64,000 nucleotides of DNA. Source: Paramecium tetraurelia. Lineage: Eukaryota. The translations under genes and the position numbers were made by a program. The first letter of the stretch is position 1, and every line of letters starts with the position of its first letter. The stretch spans positions 186,001 to 250,000 of the forward strand of contig CT867987.1 of the NCBI GenBank assembly GCA_000165425.1, written 5' to 3'. Positions 12,176-25,401 of this stretch are shown here, piece by piece. Below the pieces are notes generated by a model. The model searched no databases. It was not told the origin of the DNA and worked only from the letters and a program-made list of their open reading frames with translations.

Positions 12176-13841
12176 ATGGCAACAAAATATATATCAATTT
12201 TGGAAAACAGATATGGGATTATCAAAGTGATAGGAAAGGGTGAATTTGGAGAAGTTTATCTGGCTGAAAACCTCTAAACGGTAATTCTTACATAAATGAG
12301 TCTAGAAACAACAAGTAGCAATTAAGTAAGCATTGAAATCAGAGTTGGAAAAAGTCAAAAAAAGACAAGAGTTGTTTTAAACTGAAAAGAGAATCATGGA
12401 AATGGTCAATAATGACAATGTGATTAATTTGAAGGATCACATTGAAACTAAAGATAAGCATTATTTGGTTATGGAATATTGTAATGGTGGAGACTTGGAT
12501 TCCTATATCAAGCTACTAAGAGAGAAAAATAAGTAACCGCTTTCTGAACGATAAGCGAAAGAATTCCTAAAACAATTACTAAATGGTTTCAAGGGTTTAT
12601 AAGATTTGTTTGTCATCCATCGTGATCTCAAACTAAAAAACATTCTCGTCAATGATGGAGTCATTAAGATTGCTGACTTCGGTCTCAGCAAGGTTGGAGA
12701 GGTGGGAGTTACTCAGGTGGGAACACCCTACACAAAGGCTCCTGAAGTTTTCAAAGGCAGAGGCAGGATTCGATATGATAATAAAGCAGATATCTGGTCC
12801 TTGGGAGTTATTTTCTATCAGATGCTCTTTGATTTGCAATATCCTTTCGTGGGATAGAATGAGAAGGATTTGTTTGACAATATTGAAAAGGCCAAGGATT
12901 TAAACTTCGCACCTGCTAAATCCAATGTGAAGATTAGTGAAGACGCCAAGAGATTGCTTAGAAGGATGCTGACAAAGGATCCAAATCTACGAATAACTTG
13001 GGAACAATTGTATTAGGATCCTTATCTTGAATTTGGACAATAAAAGGATTTGGGACCCTTTGATTAATATTTCTAGAGCATCATGAATAAATTCAAAATG
13101 ATCAAAGAATTGTAATAAAAAATTTAAGAAACTCTGGGCAATAGTGAGAGTTTGAGAAAGGATTACAAAGTTATTAAAAATTTAAATTAATATTATGTTT
13201 AGTTTATGCTTGCTAAACGGGTAATTATTCTATCAAGGATATTGGAATAATTGTTATAAGAACTAAAAAATCAGTAAAAATAACAAAGCAAACCATTACA
13301 ATTAATAGTCAAAGAAGTATTTTATTTATACTATTTTAATTAGACAGAAGAAAATTACTATGTGTATTAGTTATATTATGAAAATACTAAATTCAATTTA
13401 GAGTCCTTTATTAATAGGAGGAAAAAAGAGTATAAAGATTTCGATGAAAAAGTACTCAATGAGATGTAAAACTCTAAATGTAATTGTTATATTTAAAATA
13501 GAAATGGATTGGTCATACTATACTAATATTGTGTTGAACTATTTTTATTGCTTATCCACTTAGGCTGAAATAATGGAAGGCTAAAATGAAACCAAAGCAC
13601 TCTAGTTCTACGATCACATGATTGACGTTCTAAAGTGTTTGGAAAGTGATGCAGCTTTTGAAGGAGACAAATTAAAATTCAAATCACAATCAGTAGATTT
13701 TTAATCTAAATATAGAACGATGAACTTGAATCCAAATAAAACAATGATCCAATGATGGGAGAATTTACCAAAGAATAATATATCGAAATTTAAAAAATAA
13801 ATGTAAAGGAATTGTTTCAAATCATGTTAAATGATAAATGA
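12176..13841 (+). CDS. Ser/Thr protein kinase, ULK/ATG1-like, with helical C-terminal domain
   Basis: IGKGEFGEVY, VAIK, MEYCNGGDL, IHRDLKLKNIL, IADFGLSK, GTPYTKAPE, DIWSLG. 25-nt intron at 12281-12305; further small introns in the tail. TGA 13839-13841. Confidence 0.88.
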
Positions 13842-13860
13842 TATATTATATTAATTTATA

Positions 13861-14187
13861 ATGGACAAACAAAAATTGAGGACAACTTGGCAATCAAGTG
13901 AATGGAGTTTCAGTAGGCAGAAAAAGTTATATGAATTATAACACAATTAATCTACTTTGAGATTTCAACAATAGCGAATCAAAACAGAACCCAAAGAGAC
14001 TTTAAAAAAATTTACAAATCCTACAAGTTTTCATGAATATGTACAATTAATCGAAAAAAAATATCGAATTCAAAACTTGAGTAAACCAAAAAGGAAAGTA
14101 GGAAATGGAAGAAGCCTAGTTCAAATTTGTTCCACAAAATCTCTAGTTCTATATGAATCGTTACCTAATCTTTTACAAATAAATTGA
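13861..14187 (+). CDS. Small basic hypothetical protein (108 aa)
   Basis: ATG-to-TGA code-6 ORF (MDKQKLRTTWQSSEWSFSRQKKLYE...) filling the gap between two genes. Confidence 0.55.
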
Positions 14188-14221
14188 TGAATAAATTAGA
14201 ATATTATAATTAACAATTTAA

Positions 14222-16249
14222 ATGCAAACTATTGAAGACAAGATCAAACTGTGTTTGACTGTTGGAAATCTTACAGAGGACATCAATCTAGAATTAACCA
14301 AAGAAGAGTAATCTATTGAAATGCAAGAAAAAATTAAAGATGATCCAGTTAAGATTGTCTACAAAGAGATCCAATTCAAGTAATAGGAATTGATGTAATC
14401 TACATGGTAAGTACTTGATAAAGTCTGGAATTGCCCCATTTTTAATTAGGCAGCCATTTCTAAAGAATTATATTAAAATCTTAGTGAATGCTATTACCTA
14501 TTGAATAAAATTCACCAGAACGCAATTGATTTGACTAAAAAGTTTAATGAGGTCCCTGATTTTCTCACTCGTTTTTTCTAAGCTATTAAAATTACATTTA
14601 TAGGCATTTTATAACTGGAATAAATTGGATTAATCACAAATGACAAGGATATTGAGAGTAAATAAATCAATCAATAATATAATATCAATTCGAATAGATA
14701 GAAATTAAATTAGAAGGCTATTTGCATACTAGTTGAATTTTTAATCACTCATATACTTTCGCATCTTGCAGTATTGTTTGAAACAATTGAAGTGAGAAGA
14801 GAAAAATACGAACTAAGATAATTGGTAATCTACTTATCTAAGTTACAAACATGCTTTGAATAATTGCCTTGTGCTGCTCAATTGGATATTGAAGACATCT
14901 TTTGTTATGATCGATCAGATCCCAGATGGTAAGGTCTAAATAGCATTATATCAGAAGTCGTTTTGGGTCCAAGAGAATAGATATCTGAATCATATGGAAA
15001 ATTGGCTGATGGAATTATGTTAGCTAATGCCATGATATCAAAGGGATCTGAATTTAGTAGTGAAGCTGCTCAACAAGTAATGTAAGGATTTGGGGCATTA
15101 TATTACCTGGTAGCCAAAAAAGAAGCTAAATTGAAGGCTAATCATTTCATGGCTGAACCAAACAAAAATCTCATATTTAAAGTATGGAATTTGGGAGAGA
15201 GTGGATTTCTTAGTAAATTATTACCTCTTCTCTTTCCTTAGATTACTTATAACAGAAAGATATATATTCCTTAACTTTTTAAACCCTTAGTCGAAGACAA
15301 CATACTTCAACAATATAAGGAAAACAAAATTAATCGCATTTAAAACGATTGTGGAGAATGTTTAAACACTAACCTACCTAATTGCCAAGAATTACTACTA
15401 AAAAATAAAGAGAAAGTAATTGTACGAGTTTTATGTCATTATAATCTATAAGAGATATAAACTTTAAGTTTGTTATAACAGACTCTTAAATTGATACAAG
15501 GTCAAAAGATATTTGATTAAATAGTCATCCATATACATGGAGGAGGGTTTGTAAGTATGTCATCAAGATCTCACCAAACTTATACTAGAAAATGGGCTAA
15601 AAATTTATAAGTGCCAATATTTTCTATCGACTATAGAAAGGCTCCAGAGAGTCCTTATCCTTATGGATTAGATGATTGTTGGCAAGCCTACATGTTTATA
15701 ATGAATTACATTGATAAGTATTTCAATATCAAACCCAAGAAAGTAGTCTTAGTTGGAGATAGTGCTGGTGGTAATTTAGTGGCCGCCTTAACCATCTATA
15801 TTATTAAAGCTGGAGCAAGAATCCCTGATGGTATCTTAATGGCTTACCCTGCATTGTGTTTGGACATTAAAAAGTTTACTCCCAGCTCTTTAATTTCTTT
15901 AAATGATCCTTTATTACACCACACCGTATTGAAATTATGCATATCATCATATGTTCCAGAAAAATTTGATGCATCTTTGGATCCATTGATGTCTCCATCG
16001 ATTGCTAGCGATGAGATCCTTGCTAGATTTCCTCCTACTAGAATGGTATTAGGTACTAATGATCCATTACATGATGAGAGTTTTAGATTTGCTGATAGGT
16101 TATTGAAATTAGGAAAAGATGTTAAAATCACTGAATATAAATGGATGCCTCATGGATTTCTATCATTCGATGTTGTTCAAGGAATGAAAGAAGCTGAATA
16201 AACAGTGCTTGATGCTTAAAAAATTATCTAAAATCTACTACAATATTGA
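14222..16249 (+). CDS. Hormone-sensitive-lipase-family alpha/beta hydrolase (675 aa)
   Basis: HIHGGGFVSMSSRSHQ oxyanion motif, IDYRKAPESPYP, GDSAGG nucleophile, DPLHD and HGF catalytic residues. ATG 14222 is in frame with track ORF 15611. TGA 16247-16249. Confidence 0.92.
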
Positions 16250-16665
16250 ACTTAAATTAATTAACAAATAATTGAGTATAAATAATTTAAATTATAATAA
16301 TAATTTTGAAGTGAAATCTTTCATCTTCTAATAGAAGTTGTAGATGTGGTTTGTAAATCAAGTTTATTTGCACTATGGCTATAGAATCTGTAAGATAATG
16401 TATTGTATTCAGAGGATCTATTATTTGCATATAATTATATTCTTCGTTATGTTTCTTAATTAACATATAATATAAAAATATATTGCAAAAAAAATGATGA
16501 AATTTATTTTAATTTCTTCTTCTGGTAGATTTCAAATCTTGACTAAGTACTTGATTTCCGAGTAGATTTTTATATTATACTATAATTAATAAATTGCCTT
16601 AAAAATCAGATTGGTTATTTATTTATTCATAATTTTTGATAATATTTATATTAATACTATGTTAA

Positions 16666-17712
16666 TCAAAGTCTTACGACCTAAATTTAATTTTAAGTTT
16701 ACATCATAGAGCTTGGATAGATTCTTAATCTAATTGGGTTCAAACTTTAGGTCGGGTAACTTGATTATTCTCTGGAAGATATTGATAGGAATATCAATTC
16801 TTAAATCATTATTATTGATATTGAATAATGTTGAATAGGCTTGTATTCTGATTAAGTAATCCACTTTGATTAATTATCCAGTTGTTGAAAGTTCCATCCG
16901 GTTGTGAAAATCAAAGAGCAGGATTGACTTTTTAATTGTTTAAACAATTCCTTAGATAACTCCTGGTAAACTCAATTTGGATATTTATTCTACAATAACT
17001 TTTGGTTCTTTAGCCATAATTGTGGTTCTCTTATTTAATGACATTACTATTTCTTAAATGTATTGCTTGCTTTCCCTCAGATCAATACTTATTTCTAAGT
17101 TAATTTAATCACCAAACGAAAATTCTTCTCCACTATATTTACACTCTAATTTAGATATCTAAAATTGTTTTAAATTATACTCCTTATGGCTTATTTAAAT
17201 ATCCACGTATGACATTACTATTCGAAATACTTTTAACAATATTCTGTCTAACAGCATTTTGGTTGATGATGACTGGCAGTTTCTTGAGAGTGATCCGATC
17301 TAATTTTAAAGTCTCAGCAATCAAAGATATGTTGTAATCAATCCTTAATTTGAAATCCTTTTCTCTTTACATAGAACCTATGAGATTATCAGGTAATGAA
17401 TAAGTGAATGGAATTGCAATCGTTTTTGTGATTTTCAATTTCTAATCCTCTGGGTTCCGTTCATCATTGATATCTAATAGCAACTTGAATTGAGAGTAGA
17501 ATATGTTAAAATTGTTTGATTCGACACATGCTAACCCTTTTTCCCAAGTTTCCTCGCCTTACAAATGAACATACAGTTTAGAGATCTCCTTCAAAGTATA
17601 TTCAGATTCCTCTATAATAACAATCCCTCTCATAGATGTATCATGTACCTTATATGGCTTGGTTTGGAAAATAGAATTTAGAGTTGAGTTGGATTTGGAT
17701 TTTATTTCCCAT
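16666..17712 (-). CDS. Arrestin-fold (alpha-arrestin/Vps26-like) protein
   Basis: MGNKIQIQLNSKFYFPNQAIQG/IVII..LYVHLQGEE..IPFTYSLPDNLIGS..RIDYNISL..IDIPINIF matches arrestin N/C domain motifs. Tiny introns near 17626-17647, 17159-17180 and 16681-16702. Confidence 0.72.
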
Positions 17713-17716
17713 TAAT

Positions 17717-18552
17717 ATGAATACAGAAATATCAAGAGCGGAACTATTATAATGGGTTAATGACACCTTGAAATTATAGCTCCAAAAGATTGAATAACTG
17801 GGAACTGGAGCAGTCTATTGTCAGTTGGTTGATGCGGTTCATCCGGGTAAAGGTAAGGATTCATCAGTTTATCATGCTTAGTTGCCATGAATAAGATAAA
17901 TTGGAAAGCCAAACAAGAATATGAATTCGTTAATAATTTCAAAGTTCTCTAATAAACATTTTCTAAACTAGGAATTCAAAAACCAATAGAGGTTGAGAAG
18001 CTAACGAAATGCAAATATTAGGATAATCTGGAGTTTCTATAATGGTTAAAGAAGTATATGGATTAGCATGTTGTACCAAAAGACTATGATCCTCAATCCA
18101 AAAGAGGGAATGCAGAATTGGATGATTAGGCGGCGATTATACCGAAAAGAAATCCAGAGAGATCAAGAACGAGCATAAGGAGAGACACATTCAATAGTCC
18201 CAATCAGCTCTAGTCTTCTTCAAGCATTCCCAAAACGAATTCTTTCGCTCATATGGAACCATACTAAAAGAAATAACCCTCAATGCAGGACCTACTTATA
18301 CAGATAGAGACACTAAAATAAGAAAAAGATTATTATTTCTAAAAATTCAAGGACTTGGACTTCTTTATTGAAGGGGCTTCTTAATTGACACAAGAACAAA
18401 TGTATAAGGGCATCAAGGATATCTTATATAGTACAGTTGATAAGTCTGTTATTGTTTTGCCAAATGGCGAACTGGAAGTTCAAGGATTACCACCTTCATC
18501 AGAAGAACAATCATCATCATAAGATGTTATGTAATAAGAAATAGATTTGTGA
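17717..18552 (+). CDS. EB1: EB1/RP (MAPRE family) microtubule plus-end-binding protein
   Basis: CH domain SRAELLQWVN..KIEQLGTGAVYCQL..NFKVLQ..KCKYQDNLEFLQWLK and EBH motif EKDYYFQKFKDLD..IKDILYS. One 29-nt intron near 17853-17881. TGA 18550-18552. Confidence 0.93.
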
Positions 18553-18564
18553 ATTAATTTTATA

Positions 18565-21500
18565 TCAGCTAATAGGCACAATTACATTTGCATTTATGTG
18601 CAAAGTCTACTTAGTACTTCTCGTAAAGCTTCTTTTGACAATTGGCAGAAGAAATGCATTTTATCTCATGATCTATCTTTTTTTATAAGCTTTAAACAGA
18701 GCCTTGGCCTTTTGTTATCCGATTGATTCGGAATTTTCATTTGGTTTGTCTACATCGTGATACTTTTTGAAGTAAATGTTTGGATATGACAGATATTTAA
18801 TGAGACTCTCCTATAAGATGGATTTCCTCTCGTCTTAACTCAACATTAATATCTATGTACTGTTATACATATCAACTCTAAATTGTTTAATTTTCAATTA
18901 ATCTAGATAGAGATCTGATCTCTTGATTATTTAAGATAGGTTATTTTGAACATTATATATGAGATACTCCTTTTGCACTTCAAAAGGCTTTACTAAGGCG
19001 TATTCTGAATGCTGTATCAAATTACATTTCATTCGAAGGAAATACAAATCTTCAAATTCGAACTTATTTAAGTATATTTTCAATTGCGGATTATCAAAAT
19101 AATTATCTACTATTTCCTTTATGTTTTTATTAAACTTTTGGCTTGCCTCAAGTTCATTCCTCTTTGTGAATATTTTAGAATAATGTTGCATTTTTATAAC
19201 TTTTTTGATAATTCTTTAAAACTTTAATTTGACTCCTTAGTTTTTAATTCGAATACTCTGTCTTGTATAATTTTTACGAACTATTTTATTCTACGGATCT
19301 AATTAAATAAGATAAAATACAAAAGGTTTAATGGTCATTCACTTTTGGTGGACTGATATTTGTTTAAGTGTTTGATTCTACATATTGTAATGACTCCTTT
19401 TCATTCGCAATCAAAGAATCTTTAGATTGCAAAACCGGTTTCTTAGATTGAGTAGGCTCAGAAGGATCTATTTGCTTTATATTATAAAATTGAATAATTG
19501 GCAAATCCTCTTGATTTTTCATCATTTATGCAATTTCTTACAAGAACCATTAATCAAATATTGCATTAAATTGATTTCTGATCCTTGACCTATTACGCAA
19601 ACCTGGGACTCTCTCCTATTGAGTATAAAATTAATGAGACTTTATGACTCTTTCCTTATCAATAACAAAGTGGACTATTGGGCAATTTTGGATATCATGA
19701 CCATAGCAACTACATGATTTACATTTGGTATTGGAGTCCCTCAGATGCATCATTATTTCATCTTTCATTTTACAAAATGATTCAAAATCTTAAGGATTGT
19801 CTTGTAATGTATTGATAAAATCACTTCTTGTTAAAACTAGTAATTTTACAAAAGATTGAGATTACAATTACAACTTTGATTATTACCCAGTTAATAATTC
19901 ATCTAATCCAAAATACTAACCTTAAGAAAATTTTATGATATCAGATCTATCTGTAAAATTAGTACAAATACTTAATGTACCATAATCAATAAAGCATAAA
20001 CAAGGTTCATTATAATGAGGCAATTCACATGTTATTATCTATTCAGGAGTAATAAGGACAGTCTTAAATAGTTTAATTAGTTTTTTTTTTGTCTCTAAAC
20101 TAAATGTTTAATTGAACAAGTCGCATTTTTCAATAATCGAGAAATTGGCCTCGTTTATCAATTTATTTCTCAGGTTTTCAGACAATGAAGTAATTAGCTT
20201 TTCTTCTTCTTCGTTCTCCTATTACATTTGTTGGCTCCAATATATTTTAATGTATTCCCTAATCCTATTTAATTTAAATGAATAGTGATACTGATATTGT
20301 AATTCAAAACTTATGTGCTTCCTATTCATATACTTATTAATTATTCGTATTTTGTCAGTGGTGTTCTCGGCAGACAAACTTATTGAATTCAAGATCTCTC
20401 CAACAGTATTCACACTAAATGATAACTATACGCATGTCGTAAACATAAATAAAATTGTACATATCTTCTCTAATGAATCTAACAATTAATAATGAAACTT
20501 CTATACTTAATGGAACTATGTCTCCATATCCAACACTAATCATTGTCACAGTTGAAAAATAGAAGGCCTCCAAATATTTGATTTCATACGAGGCGTCTGT
20601 TAAATTTCGGCTGTCCAACCAATTTACCATGCCTATGTCGTTGGCATATGAACCTATGAAATACCAAAGACAACTGTAGATGTGCAGAAAATATAAAATT
20701 GTGAATAGCAATTTGGCTAAATTCATAATTGATGAGTGAATTTTGCTAAGATGAATTGATTCTTCCACATTCCTTATGATTTTGGCAAAGTAGTGATATT
20801 GAGTTATGAAAATGATTAATGATAGATTGAGCCATCTGCTTTATAAGAAATAGTCGTTAAAATAGCCGCATAAGAGCACCAACAGGGAAATGCCATCTAT
20901 TATCAAACCCTATTTGAGATAGTTATTAAAAATTAGGTAGCGATCCACAATGGGCTGACCGTATTCGTAATATACTGTGTTCATCTTCATTAGGTAGTCC
21001 GATATTAAGAATACGTAAAAAGGGGTTGTCAACCAAATGGACTGCATATACATTAGGGATGTATTAAATGCTAATTAAAGGGGAATCATTATGAAAAAAT
21101 AAATTAGTACAAAGCATAAACAGAGGTCCCAAATGATTTTTGATATTGATTGAGGATATATGATGGGCATTACTCTTAATAGTTCTGTTATTGGATTATA
21201 ACATATGAAGCTCTGTTTGTTTTTCTTCTTTTTCCTAACTGAAAATGAATTGGACACCAAATTCTCAACTTCTCCACTAGCCTTATCTCCCACAATCTAG
21301 AAATGCACACTTTTAAAGAACAGCTTATGCCTTCTGCTCACTGATAATTTTGTCAGGAACCTCTTTACAAAATAGTAAACTCTAATTGTAAATTTCCTAT
21401 TTTCTTTTTAGGTCATTGCCTTTTTAATATTGAGTTCTTGATGGGCAGGGAATCCAGAGTATTCTTAAATTTAAGTTAACATGTTTTGGCTTAAACTTTC

Positions 21501-21623
21501 AGGAATACTTAGGACTTAAGGTTTCTATTCATAAAAATCATCATTGATTTAAGCAACATCATCAACGCTTATATCCAAATTAGGATCTTTGTAATCTTCT
21601 AAGTTATCATTCGAAGACAACAT
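18565..21623 (-). CDS. 6-TM K+ channel with CNBHD (KCNH/CNG-like ciliate family)
   Basis: KIIWDL S1, pore YFSTVTMISVGYGDI, C-linker NKYMNRKHISFELQ..IREYIK, CNBHD and a following CX2CX4HX4C motif. Small introns near 20480 and 20270. TGA at 18565 is in frame with track ORF 19191. Confidence 0.9.
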
Positions 21624-22412
21624 TAATTATGGTTTTTATTACATTAATAGTAGTTGAGATAATTAATAAAAAAAGTATTTCAATATATTTTCAACAATTT
21701 CAAGCTATGAAAAATTAAATTATTATCTCAAAAATCTAAAAGTCCATATGAATTTCATCAGATAATTTTAAAATTAGCTAAATTTTTTAAGTAGATTTAA
21801 AATATCAAAACTTTAATAACTAATAGTTTCCTTAAATGTACTAGTTACATTTTTTATTTATTTACAAGGCATCCAAAATCAGTGAAAGTAAGGATGTGAG
21901 TAATTTTGATTCATTAATTTAGATATAAGTATATTTAAATTATAATTTAGATGAGTATTTATTTTCGACAATTGTCTTAATAATGATTTGTTTGATATAT
22001 AAAATTAATTACCCTATAAATTGGAATTCTTAAAGTTTAGATTGATCAATGATATTAATATCTAAGATGTATTCCAATCTTGTTATGAATTATAAATTGG
22101 CATATTAAGAATTAATATCAGAACACTTTGTTAAACCATTTATCATCAAACGTATTAATCTATAAGATCAATCTATATAAGCTATATGGATATAGATACT
22201 TTAATAATTGATATATTATTAGATTGAGGGGAGCCTTCAATTGGGTAATTCAAAATGGCAAGTAATTAGGTTTAAAAATATTCCATCCTAAGAGAGATTA
22301 ACAGAAGAAATAAAATTTAGATTAATAAATTTAAGAAGATAGAGATATATAATAAAAAAGAAGAAAAACCTGAAAGAAATTCAATAATTATACTATATTT
22401 AATTGAAATATT

Positions 22413-24236
22413 TCATTATTTGAAAAATCTCAATAATGTGCATTAATTAGTGAAGTTTTTATTCAAACTTTTAGCTTCTCCAAAAAGAGTCTTGTGTGTT
22501 TTATTAACACTTGAATCATCATCAGTTTCAGTGAATTATGATTTTAATAGAGTTGTGTTAAACGTCGATGGCACTCTTTAATTTTCAATTATTTTCTGAG
22601 TTGATAGTGATCTCATCTCAGAAGAGACTGCACAACTTTGATCAGGCATGCTTTGATTGTTCTTTTTATGTTTTTTGCATGTTTTAGTAATTAAAGAACT
22701 AAAATTTTTCATAATATTTTCTTTGTTATTATCAGAACTTCTTTCTTAAGAAACCTTTTTTTGTTTTAACTAACAATGTATATTAGGTTAGGATGCTGTG
22801 TGAGTTTAAATAACATTCTTGGCTTTGCTATTGATTAATAAATTATTAATTTTTTCATCGATATTTGATGAACTTATTTAGGTTATTGAGGATGATCTGG
22901 TTTAAGTTTTTGATGTAATTGAAGAGAAGTAGAAATTTGAGAAAAAAGGAGTAAAGACATTTTCACTTTCTGAATTCAAAGATTTTTGAAGATCCCTCTA
23001 AAAATTATTCTCTCCTCTGGTTATTTCATTTTAATCAAAATTCATTTTCATAAGGTCTGGTTTGAATGGTGGTTCATAATGTCTATTAAGAATTTTGAAA
23101 AGAGATTTATCCTACAACCAAGGATGTTTTAGAATTTCATAAATTCCATAATCTTTTCCAAGTCTATTAAAAACATCCTTTTATAACAATTTGTACATAA
23201 GATCTCTGGATTCAACACTGCAATTTTTAGTTGGCAGAGTTAATTCATGTGAAAGTATATTTTTATAAATCTACTCTGGAGTATTTGAATAATATGGAGG
23301 CAAACCAGTCAATAGTTCATAAAGTAAGGCTCCCAAACAATAATGATCAATCTAATAGTTATGACCTGACTTTAGTAACATTTCAGGTGCCATATACTCT
23401 GGAGATCCACAAAATGAAAAAGCCATTAAATCATCTTTCATATTGGGTCTGGCTAATCCAAAATCAGCCAATTTGATGTTACCATCCTAATCTATTAGAA
23501 TATTCTCTGGTTTAATATCTCTATAGATTATTCCATTCTCGTGTAAATGATGAATAGCTAAGCAAACTTAACTAAAGTAAAATTTTGCTTATTATTCATC
23601 CATCCTTTTTACTCGTTTCAATTGTTGAAACAATTCGCCTCCTGGACAGTATTCTAAGGCAAAACAGACCCAATTCTTTGTTTCAAATACACTCAATAAT
23701 TTACATAGAAATGGATGTGAATCACTCTATTCTGCTAAAGCAACCATTATGTTTCTTTCATTCTATATGATTTAAAATTTATCATGTTCTTAAATGAATT
23801 ATTTTGATATCATTTTCAAAGCCATAAATTAACCATTTGATTTACATCTCACCAAGTAAACTCTTGAAAAGCCGCCCACACCTATGCATTGCAAGAAATA
23901 GAATGAGTCCAAAGATATTAGGGGTTGCTGTATAGCATGCAAGGGTTTTAATTAAATTGTCTAATTTGTAAGGAATCCTAAATCTTAATTCTACGTTAAG
24001 TAGAAATCCAAGGGTATGTTTTAATCAATTGTTTAAAATCCCACTACTAGTGGTGAATTTAACAAATTTTTTAAATAATTGACTAAATTATATGTACTTT
24101 GATTTAAAGTTGGAAATTAGATCGAATGTTATAATTCATTGTTTAAGTAAATTTTTACATTCACCACTCCTGACCTATTGATTTCTTTCTTTACATAATT
24201 GTTCATTAATGATTGAACCTTATATTTTTGATCCAT
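22413..24236 (-). CDS. AGC-group Ser/Thr kinase (SGK/S6K/Akt-like), intronless, 607 aa
   Basis: IGVGGFSRVYLV, MALK, LEYCPGGELF, IIYRDIKPENIL, LADFGLA, GFCGSPEYMAPE, and the AGC C-tail YEPPFKP. Confidence 0.9.
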
Positions 24237-24536
24237 AGCAATATTTGTCTGTTAATTAAATAATTTACTATTATTCACAATATTTAAAAAATGCAAACAA
24301 ATATTATAAAATGTATTAAAATTATAAATTATAGATCAAATAGTTCGCAAAAAATAAAAATCCTTGAGGCATTGTTTTTCCAATTAACCTACTGCTCTTT
24401 ATATTAAGTAACTGCAAGAAGTTATTAATAAATTAATTTTAATTGAGAAAATCGCAAAAAGAGAAGTTTCATCATTAATTAGATCAAATTTTAATAAAAA
24501 AGATTAGTGTAAAATGATAGATGACTATATTCATTA

Positions 24537-25382
24537 TCAATTCTGTATTAGTTTAATTTACTTCGATTTCATTTTCTAAATAATACTATTTTATATTTTT
24601 ACTGCTAATTCCTATTCAAATTCTTTGCTCATTTTCTCTTTTAATTTATCCGCTTCTAATCTCAATAATTATTTCTCTCTTTATTATTATTCTTTTAATT
24701 TCTGAAGTTTTTCAACTTTATTCAATTTGTCATCAAATTATTAAGCTTTAAATTCCCTTAACTATTACAACTTCTCTTAATGTTTCTGAACCAACTGCTA
24801 ATAAGTTTCAACTTTCAATTTTTCACTCTTTTTTCTTTCGCTATTTTATTTGGAAAGGTTCGATAGAACCTAAACTATTCTTCAAATTAATACATCCTCT
24901 GATTTTTTGAATCTTAGTTCTAGTGATTGGTTGATTTTATTAATCTTATTTTCCAAAATCGCTTCACTTTATTATTATACGCACTCAATCTGATGAGAAT
25001 GATTCGACAGTTTTCTGTGCAAAGAGGTCATAAACTCCTTGTGGTATCCATTCTCATACTTTTCCAAGCAATCTAGGGTCTTCTCTATTTTTTTCTTATA
25101 CCCCTAAATAATCTAGAATATCGCATATACATTTAACTTTTCTTTTTCTATTTGTTAACTTTGAAATAAGGTTCTCTCGAAATGATTTCTTCGTAACTAA
25201 GCTTTGAGTCTAGCTATTTCCTTTTGTCTTTCCTGTTCCTTTTGAATATTGCTATACTTCTCATTCTTTTATTTCAACTTCATCTCATTCTATAATTCTT
25301 TTTGCTTTTGAATTCTTTCATACTCTTGCAAATGTTATTTATCTTTTTCTAATTTCATTTTGTACCTCGTTAATGGATCCAT
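24537..25382 (-). CDS. Coiled-coil hypothetical protein (281 aa)
   Basis: Uninterrupted E/K/Q-rich code-6 ORF from MDPLTRYKMKLEKDK to TGA at 24537. Confidence 0.75.
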
Positions 25383-25401
25383 ATTATTAATTAATATAAA
25401 A

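Noticed and set aside
12503..16131. Track ORFs 12503(-), 12633(-), 12652(+), 15844(-)
   Set aside because: Shadows of the kinase and lipase genes.
16300..16640. Possible small minus-strand gene after the lipase
   Set aside because: No consistent frame or motif.
21700..22400. Open plus-strand frames in AT-rich sequence
   Set aside because: With TGA as the only stop, long frames arise by chance; no motif or clear start.
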